Shown: one piece after another, positions 48,997 to 63,200 of the stretch | How the letters are laid out: the number at the start of each line of letters is the position of its first letter | How positions within the stretch are numbered: position 1 is the stretch's first letter | Made by a program: the position numbers and the translations under genes | Notes under the pieces: generated by a model | Database searches by the model: none | What the model was told of the DNA's origin: nothing | Seen by the model: only the letters and a program-made list of their open reading frames with translations | Assembly: GCA_964016885.1 (NCBI GenBank) | Contig: OZ024741.1 | Coordinates: 356,810,001-356,874,000, forward strand | DNA length: 64,000 bases | Reading direction: 5' to 3' | Origin: Eledone cirrhosa | Lineage: Eukaryota

Positions 48997-50242
48997 GTAA
49001 GTTATCTGTAATTATCATCATGATGGCATTTTCATTTTATCTTCATATGTCCTGTAGTGTTAGGTCCAATCTATGGACTGGGTGGTTTGTGTGGGAGGGA
49101 GAGGCATTTGATTGACATTATTCTCATTATAATATCTGAACTGTTCTCAGTATAACAATCTTCTGGACTGTGGATGTTGGTATTTGCTTATATATGGTTG
49201 ACAAATTTTTTCAATTCCCTTCATCTTGAGTCCTCAGTCACCAATGACCACTGGGATTATTTCAATCTCTGTGAGTCTTAGGGCACCAATGACCCCTGGG
49301 ATTTTTCCAGTCTTCCCATTCTACATCCTGTTAGTTTTCATTTTCAGGTCTTTGGACTTGGTTGGCTTCTCTGTGACTTTCACGGCGATGTTTTTTTACA
49401 GATGGTATTATTGCTATACAGGTTCCAATACTTGACTGGTACTTTATTTTATCAACCCCTTTCATTTTTCAATAAAATAAAGTACCAATCAAGTACTGGG
49501 GAATTATAATTGACTTTCTCTTACCCCTAAAATTTCTGGCCTTGTGCCAAATGTACAAACAACTATTAATATTATTAGGCAGTATCGGTAGAGGGTCAGA
49601 CACCATGCTTTGCAGCATAGAGTTACGGTCTGAGTTCAAATCCCGCTGAGGTTAACTTTGCCTTTTATCCTTATGGGATCAATAAAATAAAGTACCAGTA
49701 ATGCACTGTGGTAATTGCTGGCCTTGTGCCAAAAGTAGAAACAATTATTATTTGGCAGTATAGGTAGAGCGTCAGACACTGCTTTGCAGCATAAAGTTTT
49801 GGCCCTATACGTTCTGAGTTCAAATCCTGTGGAGGTTAGCTTTGCCTCTCATCCTTACAGGGTCAATAAAATAAAGCACCAGTAATGCACTGGGGTCGAT
49901 TTAATAGACACCCCAACAAAAATTTACCGATCATGTACCAAAAGTAGAAACATTATTATCATTTTTTTGCCGAGGTTGACTTTGCCTTTCATCCTTATGG
50001 GGTCGATAAAATAAAGTACCAGTGATGCACTGGGTAATTGCTGGCCTTGTGCCTAAAGTAGAAACAATTATTATCATTTTTTTTTTCATATAATTATCTA
50101 AACCAAGTGACCTAACTATTTTCTTTAAGTACATCTCACTTGTTTCATGACCAATAGTAGTGTAACAAACTCTTGCAGATTATCAGCTTAGTGGGTGGCT
50201 TTTGTTTTATTTTACATCCATTTTTGTGTGCTAATATATATG

Positions 50243-50449
50243 TGATGGCCTGTGCTAAAGATGATGGTTTATGCAAAAAGTGATGGCTTGTGCAAAAGGT
50301 GATGGCTTGTGCAAAAGGGGATGGCTTGTGTAAAAGATGATGGTTTATGCAAAAGCTGATGGTTTACATAAAAGATGATGGCCTGTGCAAAAGATGATGG
50401 CCTGTGCTAAAGGTGATGGCTTATGCAAAAGGCGATGGCTTATACCAAA
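50243..50449. repeat. 19-bp minisatellite, about 11 copies
   Basis: TGATGG(C/T)(C/T)T(G/A)TGCAAAAG(G/A). Confidence 0.9.
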
Positions 50450-53400
50450 TTCGACATTTGCATAAGTGATAAATTAATTTTTTTTTTTCCAGCTGGATAT
50501 ACTTTGTAATCATAATCATTCAACTGTGAAATAGGCGGTATTATAATTTTTGTTTGTCAAACAGACTGAAGCCAGCATAGTTATCATTTAGCATTGATCA
50601 AGCAGACCAATGATAAAAACTGTTCCATCCACGCCCATCTTGTTTTTGTTTTCTATCTCCAGGATATCACTCTTCTTCCTATTAACTCATCACTTTGTGT
50701 CTCCCCTTCAAATCACTCCCTCTGTTATGGTTGCCTTGAAAGAACAGACTTTATGGAGTGGAGAGGATACTCCTTCCTGGAGACATTCTAAATGAGCTGT
50801 AATATGTAGGTGTAAGCACCATCAAACTTTACCTCCAGATGTTTTGGAAGTATCCAGGCAGTGGACTCATATGATTCCACACACACAAAAAAAAAAATTT
50901 AGCCTTTGATAGAACCTCCCCTTGCATTCTCAGGCAGTGAATTGTAGATTTGAAATGAGAATGGCCTAAAAATAGTAGGCATGTTTTTATTATTCTTAGG
51001 ATCTTAAGAATTCTTTAAACACCAATGCACCTGAAATAGCCACTATTAAAGTGTTCAAATTTAAATTCAAATCATAGATTGATATCTCATTTAAATATTT
51101 CTCTTTTATTATTAAATAGTATGAGAAGAACGGTTGATTGGCAGAATCGGGGGAGCGTTGTACAACATGCTTAGCGGCATAGAGTTACGGCCATTTACAT
51201 CCTGAGTTCAAATCACACCGAGGTTAGCTTTGCCTTTCATCCTTATGAGGTTGATAAAATAAAGTACCAGTAATGCGATGGGAGTCAATTCTGTTGACTT
51301 TCCCCTCTCTCAAAATTGTTGGCATTGTGCCTAAATCAGAAACCATCATTCTGAGTTCAAATCCCGCCGAGGTTAACTTTGCCTTTCATCCTTACGGGGT
51401 CGATAAAATAAAGTACCAGTAATGTACTGGGTAATTGCTGGGCTTGTGCCAAACGTAGAAACAATTATTAGATAGAATGAGGGTTGTGATTTGGCAGGTC
51501 ATTAGAACGTCAGACAAATGCATGGCAGTATTTCTTTCTGAGTTCAAATCTTGTCATGGTCAACTTTGCTTTTCATCCTTCAGGAGTAGATAAAATAAAG
51601 TACCAGTCATGCACTGGGGTTGATTTAATCGACTTTCCCCTCTCCCAAAATTGCTGGCCTTGTACCTAAAATAGAAACAATTATTAAATAAAAAGTTAAT
51701 TATTTCACTAAACCTCTATTTCTTGAAACACAAAAGTAGTATATTTTTGTTAGAAATATGATTGCAAAAGGGTTAATAAACAGTTGGGGGAGGGGGAGCT
51801 GGTTTCATCTCCTTCACATGAACAAACATTATTTCATAGAGAAGAGACCTATTATCAAAGACACGAGTTATCTATCTTGGAAATAGGAAATTCCATCACA
51901 CTGACTCACTCGCATCTTTAAATTGCGCCAGTTTTTTTAACCTTATTCTACTACATAGCACATTCCTTCTATTTTTACTTTGATGTGTTTCAACAACCTT
52001 TAACATGCATAATTATGTTCAAGATTAGAATTTTTATGAATGATGTAAGGATGTTGCTGATTATTGCCAATATCTTGCTTCATTTCAGTTAACATAAGAT
52101 GATGCCAATCACTCTTAAACTGCCCCTGTTTTTATAATATAAAAAAAACTGTTTATTTTAAAAGCTTTATAATTGTCTAAAACTCTTCTGAAATTATTTG
52201 AAAATCATAGGCAATATCTTTCATTAGGAATATAGTAACAAAAGGGTTAAATTGTTTATATTTATCTGAAACCTTTCCATCATAATTTCATGTAAGAACC
52301 TTTGTTAATTTATGTATCAAACACCAGCTTAATAATGAGAAAGTTATTTACATTGCTAAATGTCACAAAATTTTTGATTATTTTAAAATAATTTGGAATT
52401 CATAGTCAGTGTTTTTCAATGGGAATATTAAAATGAAAAGGTTAAACTAATGTGCAGTTTTTAGAAACATTTAATTCAACTTCTGTTCTGTCTACAACCA
52501 ATAAGTTATGATGTTGAAAACAATTATAATCAGTTTATTTTTTGCGGGACAATAGAAATAGTTGCATATCATAATCTTGTCTTTTGTCTTTGGAATTTTA
52601 TTTTGGGCAATCTTTGATTTATGGGAGTGAGACATGGATAACGTTTAGGAAGCAGCATAGAATGCCTGGAAAGAACGGAAATGGCACTGGTCATGTGGAT
52701 GAGTAAAGTATCACTCAGAGAGAGGGAGGCAGTCAATCTATTGTAGAGGATGATAGAAATAGAGCCAATGATGGATGTTAAGGAAAGAAATGAAATTAAA
52801 TTTTTGGGTCATATGTTGAGGAAGGATGAAAGTGGTTGGGTGAGAGGAGTGATGGAAATCGAACCTGTGATGAATGTTGTGAAGAGAAATGGAATGGGGT
52901 GGTTGAGGATGGATGAAATTGACTGGGTAAGAAGAGTGGTGGTAATAATATAGGAGGTAGAGGAAGGGGAAGACAAAGAATGACTAAAGATGATGAAGAG
53001 GGAAATGAAAGCCAAGGGATTTAGTGAAAAGATTAGAGTAAAATGGAAAATCTTGTCATGAGGCCCCACAATGATCTGGCATTCTGTTCAAACTTCAGTG
53101 TCATGTAATTAATTCACAAATCTTGAAGATGATAAATTCCTTTGCACCTCAGAACTCCAAAATTCATTATCCCTCATCATTCCTTATGACATAACTATAA
53201 GCTGTATGCTTGCCAATTCTTTCCAGTGTTTACCAATGTAGCCTAACATTTTTTACCATATTTCTAATGAAATACACTGCTTATATGTTTCAATTAATTT
53301 TGAAAATTATGAAGAATTTGGATGAATTTAGTAATATAACTATTTTCATTAATTAGTAGTGGGGGAGGATGTGCTGAAAGTGTGATAGCTAGGATAAAGA

Positions 53401-56400
53401 CAGGCTGGAAGAAATTTAGAGATCTATTACCACTACTAACAACAAAATGCTTTCCTCTCAGTGTGAAGAGGAGACTGTATGATGCCTGTGTGCAAACTGC
53501 AATGCTACATGGCAGTGAAACATGAGTCTTGACTGCAGAAGACTTGTGGAGGCTAGAAAGAAATGAGTCAAGTATGCTCCTGTGGATGTGTAATGTTAGT
53601 GTGCATGAGCAACATGGCAGAAACAAACTGCGGGAAAAACTTGGTATAAGAGGAATTGGATGTAGTGTGCAAGAGAGAAGACTGCATTGGTATGGATGTG
53701 ATGTGCATGGAAGATAGCAACTGCATAAAGAAATGCAGACAACTCCAGTGGGACATGTGGAAGAGGCAGACTCAGGATGAGGTTGTGAAAACTGACCTTA
53801 AAAAACCTCACAATAGAAATGACTGAAAGCCATGAGGGCTGGTGCTATGCAGTGCTGAGGAAGACCCTACCTGTAGCATACAATGTGATTTGACCTACCC
53901 CCATACCTCACCCCTTGCCTCCACTAGCACTCCCCAACAGTTATCCCCAACATCACTACTTCAACCCTACTGCACATGCCCTGCCCCCATTCCTAGCAGC
54001 TACCCCTTCCCCTTGTGAAGCGGTTGGTGATAGGAAGGGCGTTCAGCCAAAGAGGTCTAAATAAACAAAAGGTCGGGAGAAACCTTCAGCTGTGTCAAGG
54101 ACACTACGGCCTCCTTAGTGTTGGTGATTTATATGATAAATGTACCCGGTCCATGCTGTAAAGTGGTTGGTGATAGGAAGAGCATCGAGCTGTAGAAATC
54201 TTGCCAAACAAAAGGGTCAGGAGGGCCCTCAGTTGTGTCAAAGACATGACAAACTCTCTTGTGTACTCGGTGGAGTGTCAACCATACATAAAGCGAGACA
54301 CAGATCCCTGGCTTGCCTGGGAGATCAGTGCTCTGCTTCAGTATTGACAGTATAGACAGTATAGACCCATCCAACCTTTGCTAGAAGGTAGAGCAGGCAT
54401 TAAAATGATGATGATGATGCTGATGCCCTTTTCCACATGAAACTGAATTAGCAAAATATTCTTGACAAGTAGAAAACAGTACTATGACTGCATCACATGG
54501 AAAATTAAAGTCTTTACTTTAGTTTACTACAAATTCTTAGAATGATCTGCTCATCATTAAATACACTATAAACCTTTGAATTAACAAAGCAATTTTTAGA
54601 TAATATCTGCGAAATCATTACATTACTTAACAAAAGATTCTTACATAAAATTATAATAGAAGGTTTGGATTTAATTATAAACATTTTAAAACATGAAGAA
54701 GTTTCAGGCAGGTCATTATCAAAAGGGTTAAATATTTCTTGCTACTGTTAATATATCCTTGGTATCTATCTTTTAAGTGATCCTCAATAGAGCCAAATAG
54801 AACTGTCCTTCTCTCTTCTTTGATAATCCTCCTTGTATTGCCTGCATAGAGAATATAATGACTGCCACTACTTATGCATACTTTTTAATTTGTCTATCAT
54901 TAGGACTTAACCCTTTAGTATTTACATTACTCTATATATACTATTGTATTTTCAAGGTAAAGGTTTTATCTCACATATCAAATCTATGAGATTTTGATGT
55001 TATTTATTTTGAGAACAATACCTAAATATCAGTACCAGTTTGAACATTAAATTTGAGAGAATTCTGGCCGATATGGCCAGTTTAAATGCTAAAGGGTTAA
55101 CCAATTATGCTATTTGCTTTTTTCTTCCTTCGAAAATTATCACCTCACTCAAAGGACCTTCAGAACATCATCATCCAACTGCTGTAGCAGATGGTCATAT
55201 TTCTCTTCTATCCACTGCAGCTTTCATAATCAGTTGTGTACCCATGGTTGGGTGATTAGTTCTAGTCATCAGTGACATTTGAATTCCTAGTAAGAATTTT
55301 AAGTCCTAGAATAGATACCACAATGCATCTCATATGATGCTCTTACACAATTCCACAAATCCATCGCCATGGACTGGTACTTTATTTTATTGACCTTGAA
55401 AGGATGAAAGGCAGAATTGACTTCAGCAAAAGTCAAACTCTAGAGTGCAGAGAGCCAAAACAAATACCTCAAGATAGTCTATCTAATGCTCTAACAACTC
55501 TGTCAATTTGCCACTTGTAAGAATACAGACTTGCTTTCTTTGTTCACCGACTGTAATATTATAATTATCATTTATGAAGTAATACATTTATTATGAGACT
55601 ATCCTTGGTGTGTTTTGTAATGGATTCAACTGTGTTGTTTCATCACTTTGAACTGCAATATACTATAACCCACCATTCTTCATATCAAAATATTGATTGA
55701 TTAGAGGGAAAACATTTAACATTATGTCAATGAATTGCAGAAGATGATGGGAATAGAGCCAGTGATGAATAATATGAAGAGAAATAGAATGAGATGGCTA
55801 GATTGTGTGTTGAGGAAGGATGAAAGTGACTGGATGAAAGGAATAGAGCCAGTGATGAATGTTGCAAAGAAAAATGGAATGAGATGGCTAGGTCATGTGT
55901 TGAAGAAGGATGAAAGTGACTTGAAAGGAATAGAGCCAGTGATGGATATTGTGAAGAGAAATTAAATGAGATGTCTGGGTCAGGTGCTGAGGAAGAAGGA
56001 TAGTGATTGGGTGGAAGGATTTATTGAAATAAATATCGAAGGAAGTATAGAATATGAAGAAAATGAAAGCCAAGAGGGATGGGATCAAGCAAAATGGAAA
56101 ATCTTGTCATGATGCCACAAGACTAACTGCTACTTTGGCAGGGAAAATGGCCTTATAATGTTTTTCATACTAGATCAACTAAATAAATAATTATATTTGT
56201 TTCGGTTTTGTTCCCAACATTTGAAAGAGGGTCTTACTGGAACATCTAGGTCACTCCTGTTATAGTAACAATATTTTCTGTTTTGCTGGCAAATTTTACA
56301 ACATAAATCTGTTGGCCCTTTCATATTTAAAAATCATAATTTTATGTAAAAAACCTTTTATTAAATTATGTTCCAAACACAAAAATAATAACAAATTTAT

Positions 56401-57084
56401 CTTACTAAATGTCACCAAATTCTTGATTGCATTCAAAATTAATTAAAAATCATGGTCATGAAAGTCTAAGGCTCGTTAAGCCAGTGCTTATCCTGGTTTC
56501 ATGGCGTGAAGAGTGCAAAACGCCCCCTGGACAGGATGCCAGTCCATCACAGGGTTAAACCCCCAGCTATTGCTGGTACTCATTTTCAACTGAGTATACT
56601 GGAGCAATGTGAAATGAAATGGAAACTCCAACATTATGGTCGTAAGCCCAACACCCTTACCACTAAGCCACGCACTTCAACTGGTCATGAAAGGATTAAT
56701 TTTATTTGTGGACTTTGTCTTTGAACTGTCTATAATCATTTAAATCAATATGATTTTGCTAATAAAATTTGTTACTTGACCAAAGAGAATACATTTCAGC
56801 TTTTTACTTACCAATAATTTAGCCTTTAAGTGTTTCTGTGCTATTTCAAAGACGAGATTTTAAATTTTAGTTCTGATATAAATTTACACTTTTGCCTTGG
56901 CATTGTGTTTGAAGTTAACACTAAGAAATAAAACTAAGTCTTGGAGATATTCAGTGGAATATTTTTCTCACAGCACAGAATTGAGAGCAGAAACTGATAA
57001 TACTGCCCTCATTCTGATTCTAACCATTTTTTTTATAAGCATAAACAAACAGCACAAAATGAAAACAAATGATGTTATCAAATT

Positions 57085-57240
57085 TTCTCTCTCTCTCCTC
57101 TCTCTCTCGCCTCTCTCTCTCCTCTCCCTCTCTCTCGCCACTCTCTCTGTCCTCTCTCTCTCCTCTCTCTCTCTCCCCTCTCTCTCTCGCCCCTCTCTCT
57201 CTCCTCTCTCTCTCTCCTCTCTCTCTCTCTCCCTCCCTCT
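57085..57240. repeat. Degenerate (CT)n polypyrimidine tract
   Basis: Almost purely C/T over about 155 bp. Confidence 0.9.
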
Positions 57241-60200
57241 CATACAGGGATAGTTTTAGCTCTGTTAGTAATTCTTGAAGAGGGGAAGGGAATAATGGTA
57301 CTTTAGTGGCAACCATGCATGTCACTTTTATTGCCATTTTGTCAGACAACATACATATGTTGATCTCTAAAAATAGTCTGAAACAACTGTTTTATTTAGC
57401 TACCATATTTCTAATAAAATACAATGCCTTTGGTTTTCAAATAATTTTGACATAGGGTTCCTTCAAAGGATTTTTGGAGTAACACTCAATACGTTGCATA
57501 GCTCAGAGATCAGGGAATCACTTCAGGTAGAGCCACTACGTCTCTGAATTGAGAGATCACAGCTCCTATACTATGGGCATATGGTTAAAATGCCTAAAGA
57601 AAGAATCACAAGACAGATTTTATGAGCAAAGCCAACTGGCAGGAGTCTCGGAGGTAGACCATGTGCAAGATGGTTTGATAACATTCATAACCTTGGTGTT
57701 GGTCTCGCTTGGAGATCTAGCCAGATCATTTGGTGACAGTTGTTTCTGGTAGAACCCTCTGGAAGGCATATCTGAGGGCTCTGCTTCCACAACCCTCTCA
57801 GGAATAAGTGGCTGTAAGAAAAAAACTTTTTCATTTCATTTTTAAATCGGTGTTTGAAAAATACAATTTTCTTATTTAAATATAAACACTAAAACAGCAG
57901 TTTTGTATTATAGAATCATAGATATATATTTTGATGAAAAATAGAGAGTGCATGGAGTGGAGAGGTTCTTCTTCCTATCACCAACTACCTTACAAAGTGT
58001 ACTGAGTGTGGTTATCATGTAGGGAGGTAGTCATGTCTTTGAGACAACTGAAGAGTCTACTAACACTTTTTTTTTTCCTGTTATATTTTGACTTGAAAGC
58101 TTCAAGAACTTAAATAACAATGGAAGATTTGCAAAAAGAATCTGTATGAACACTTCAGTAATCTTCAAACACAAACCAAACTGTATTTAGAAACTCTTCA
58201 TTATTATCAATTCAATTTTTCACTGCCTCCCAAACTAAAAATACACTGAGCTCTGTTAAAGGATTTCTCTACGTTTATGAAGCAGCAGCGTTTATCTCTG
58301 GATGATTTATTCTTATATTTTTGTCAAAACGAAATAATTAGAATATTAACTTCTATGAGTTAAAGATAGCTCATAGGACCAATACTTATCTTTAAGTCCT
58401 ATATTTGACATTAATCTCCATACAGTTCAGCAGAAAGAAAACAGATGTTTCCTTAGATAAACTTTTCAAAGTTAATTTATCAGACAACATATTGAATCAT
58501 ACTTCCCAGTTTGGTTATTTATATTTAAACAGAAAAATCAACTTTTTCAACTAAAAATTGCCCATTTGCAGAATAATTTAACTCTTTTGATACCAAACTG
58601 CCTGAAATTGCTTCTCGTACTGTAATACAAAACTGTTTATATTTATCTAAAAACCATCTACCATAATTTCATCTAAGAACTTTTCTTGTGTTCCAAACAC
58701 CAGCTAAATAACGAAAAAGTTAGTTATATTACTAAATCCTTTCAAAGTCATAGGCAGTGTGTTTCATTAGATATATGGTATTAAAATAATTAAACCAATT
58801 CAAGACACCAAGATAACAACACAATATTTCTAGCTGTGACCATGCTTGGTGCATACAGACAGTCCTAAGATGTTTCTCATTAAAAATATGGTAACAAAAG
58901 AGTCAAATAGAGTAGAGTAACCTTTTCAACAAAAAATTGTACATTTACTAAATAATTTAAACCCTCAAATCATTTGATGAACACTTTTATATGACTTCAT
59001 GGGCCAGCTTCTAAACTATTTGCAAAGTATAGAGCAAATCTTGCACATAACTAACACTGTTTACTATCATTACCATTTAAGAAGCCAGTATAATGGGAGG
59101 TGGAGAAGGGGGTAAGGAAAAATGAAAATAATGCTAGTAAAAAAAATCAAAATCAAGCAGTATTTGCAATGTTTATAGTTTTGGTGTTTATTGGCTCTAC
59201 CTCAGTAATTATGCTAGGATATTTTGCATAATCCTTATTTTTACAGGCTTGTTTGTTCGCTCTCTGTTGTTGTATTTGTTTAAAATATGCTTAAAAGCAA
59301 TTAATTGTTAACACAACTATATTTTGTAATAAGTATGAGTTCCCCATATGCCAGTAACTTTGAACCAGAGCCAGATCATATAGTGAAGTAGATCTCATTA
59401 ACTCTATTGATACCAAATTGCCTGAAACCATGCTTGATTCAATAATACAAGACTGTTTATTTCAAAGTATTTATATTTATCTAAAAATTCCTCTGCCATA
59501 ATTTTTCATAAGAATCTTTATGTTCCAAACACCAGATTAATAATGAAAAAAGTTTGTTATATTACTATGTAAATCTCTACAAATTCTTGATTATTTTCAA
59601 AATTATTTGAAAAACATAGACAGTGTCTGTTATAAAAAATATGGTAATGAAAGGGTTAATTAAAATCTAAAGACCCTACTAATAAAAAATAGTTTTATGC
59701 ATTTGCTTACAATGTCATCATCATCATCATCATTTAACATCTATACTCCATGATTGCATGAGTTAGACCTGTTCTCACATTCTAGACTAGACAGGTCAGA
59801 TATACTGTGTCTCACTCATACATTCCATTCTGGCACGGTTTCTATGGCTGGATGTCCTTCTTGATGCCAACAACTTCATGGCATGTACCAAGTGTGTTTT
59901 ATTGTGGCACCAGCACTACTACCTATGAGCACTAGGGCATTCATTGTGTCATCCTTGGCCATGGTTGGAAGGCAGTGATGGGAGTGAGAAAGATGGGAGT
60001 TGGGGGTGGCAATATACATATTACTTGCCGAAGGAAGGAGTATGTGAAGTTAGGGAGGGATGTCTTAAAGAGAATGTATGACGTGATGTCCTTGGCAAAG
60101 CTAGGGTGTCATTGATAGGAGTGGGGGAGCTACATGCTTCTTGCCAAGGAAGGAGATGAGGGACAAAGGTGACCTTAGAGTGACATCTGAGGATGTATTG

Positions 60201-63200
60201 AGGGGCGGGGCTCCCCTCTACTAAAAAATTGACAATGTTTATATATGCTTAGAAGAATGATTATTATAATTATTAACAAATATATTTTGTAATAAGTATG
60301 ACTTTCCCATATGCCAATAATTTTGGACCAGTGCCAGATATATAATTAAGTAGATCTCATTAAGTAATCAATTTATAAACATATATTAAAGAATTCTGTT
60401 CTACTGTTGTAATTCCAATTAGAGGCTGTAACTATATATCCTTTAGAGAAACAGCCTGAAGAAAAAGGTATGGTAAATAGGTTGAAATTGGTTGAGATGT
60501 TGCTTCACCATCATCATCATTTAATGTCTATTTTCCATGCCTGCATGGGTTACTGTCATGTTATGAGGCCAGACAGATCAGATGAATTTGCATTTGCTGT
60601 CTTAACTTGATCAATCTTGCAGTCCAACTCCTTCCTCAACTGTGCCATAGGCATTTTGAAGAGCGGCTTTGGCAGTTTGCAATTCAAACCTATGCTCTTC
60701 AGTGGCATTCTTTTGAAAGCAATTAAATACTTTTTGCATGTTCTTCCTTGCCGTAACAATTTTCGGTTTAGCTGAAGCTCAATTCTAATTTTATGTTAGA
60801 ACCTTTGTTAAGTTATACTCTAAACACCAGCTTAATAATGAGAAACTTAGTTATATTATTCTCTCCAAATTGAAAATCATAAAGACAATATCTTTCATTA
60901 GAAATATGGTAATGAAAGAGTTAAAGAAATGTAGATTTGAGGGAAATGTTTTGTCTGTTTCATACAGACTAATGATAGAGAAAACATATTGAGTGAGTGA
61001 AAGTACAGAGAAGCAGGTGTAGCAAGGTATCTAAATGGTGCTTTGATGAAGGAAGTAAATTGATAAATATAGAATCTGTTGTAAGTATTGATAGAAGTGA
61101 AGTGTAGACACACCGCTCAATATTTGAATAATAAAGTCTAGTTATTGTCTTAAAGACTACATAAGGAGAAGACTACAAAGTATAGAATTTTACATCATTT
61201 AAACTGATTGATCTTCAATTCAAACCACCAGAGATACAATACATAACCTATAATAGAAAGGAGAATGCTTTAGAGTCACAAAACAACTAAGAAACAATGG
61301 AACTGAACAAACAATGCAATTGCTAGACACATGCAGGAAGGATACAGGAGCTAAATACATGCAAAGCTAAATACATTGCAAAGCTAAATACATGAATAAA
61401 TTGCTTGCTTTCCCCCCTTTGCCTGTTCTAAATACATTTTTTTTTGCAAGGCATTAAAATAACAATAAGTAACATGGATTGTAAATTAATTTATAGTATG
61501 AATAATTAGGAAATAAATAAAGGATGTTGACTTAATGTAAGTGGTTAAAGCAGTAACATTTTGAGTGAGGTAGTGACAAGTTTTTGAAAAACTATTTAGT
61601 AGTATATCATCCCCACATTCATACCACTTTTAACTGTAGGTTTGAAGGGGAGATTAAACATCTAAATTTAAAAAGAAAAACAGTAATAAAAGATATTCTA
61701 AAATGGTTAACCATTTCATAATCATATTTCTAATGAAGTACACTACCTAAAATGTTCAAATCATTTTAAAAAATAATAAAAACTGGTGAGATTTAGTAAT
61801 AAAAGTAACTTCCTTATTGTTAAGTTGATGTTTGGGACATAACTTAACAATGTCTCTTAAATAAAATTATGATGGAATGATTTTTAGATAAATATAAATA
61901 GTTTTTTTTTAAATGTTTTTTTTATTGTAGAACCAGTTTCAGGTGGATCATATCAAAAAGGTTTAAAATGCACCCTATCATATAGATTTCTCATTAAGCT
62001 GGTGTTTGGAACATAACTTAACCCTTTAGCATTTACATTACTCTATATATACTATTATATTTTTGTGGTAAAGGCTTTACTTCACATAATTCTCTCACAT
62101 AATATCGAATCTACGAGATTTTGATATTATTTATATTCAGAACAATACTGTAACATCAGTATGAGAGGCCTGTTACAGCCAGTTTGAACAGAAATAAGTG
62201 AAAGAATTCTGACCAGATACAGCTGGTTTAAATGCTAAAGGGTTAAGAAACTTTCTTAGATAAATGGAAGGCCTTTAGATACATATAAACTCATTAACCT
62301 TTTCATTACCATATTTCTAATGAAAGACACTGCCTTTGATTTTAAATAATTTTGAAAGTAGTCAATAATTTGGGAGATTTAGTAAAATAGCGAGCTTTAT
62401 CACTACTATGTTGATGCTTGGAACATAACTTAACAAAGGTTCTTACATAAAATCATGATTGTTGTTTTTAGATAAATATAAACACTTTAAAATACATTAC
62501 TTTGTATCATAAAAGCAGAGGTAGTTTCAGGTGGTTTGCTATCAAAAGGGTTTAAGGATTTATTGTCTTAAATGTTTTACTTTACATCTTTGGATATCAA
62601 ACTCTCTAGTCCTCTGATACAAACCTGTTTCTAATTGACAATAAAGGATACATAGTTTATGGGAGCATTAAATTTCTGATAAAGTCACTACTTTTCTACT
62701 ATTATATAACCACCTTTCATCTTTACACAGTCAATAAAATAAAGTACCAGTAATGAACTAGGATAATTGCTGGCCTTGTGCCAAAAGTAGAAACAACTAT
62801 TATATAACCACAAAGAGAAGTTGTAATTTAACATTTGTTTTCTTTTTTAAAATACTTCATTATATTTTTATCTAAGAACCTTTATGTTATGTTATGCTTG
62901 AAACACCAGCAATGAGAAAGTTATATTATTAAATCCATTCAAATTCTTGATTATTTTTAGAATTATTTGAAAATCATTGTCTTTTTGGGGTAACATGATA
63001 ACAAAAGGGTTAATCTTTTGATACCACACCACCTGACCCCACCTCCTGGTTATATGATATATAGCTGTTTATTTTTAAAACCTTCTATCATAATTTTATG
63101 TAAGTACCTCTGCGAAATTATGTTCCAAAAACCAACTTAATAATGAGACAGCTATATTACTAAAATCCTTCCAAATTCTTGATTATTTTCAAAATTATTT

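Noticed and set aside
59235-59285. TTTTACAG acceptor as FBXL5 exon 9
   Set aside because: In-phase translation stops after about 12 codons with no LRR similarity
60556-60780. 67-aa minus-strand ORF as a host exon
   Set aside because: No recognisable host protein or splice context; more like a frameshifted LINE linker fragment, too weak to annotate
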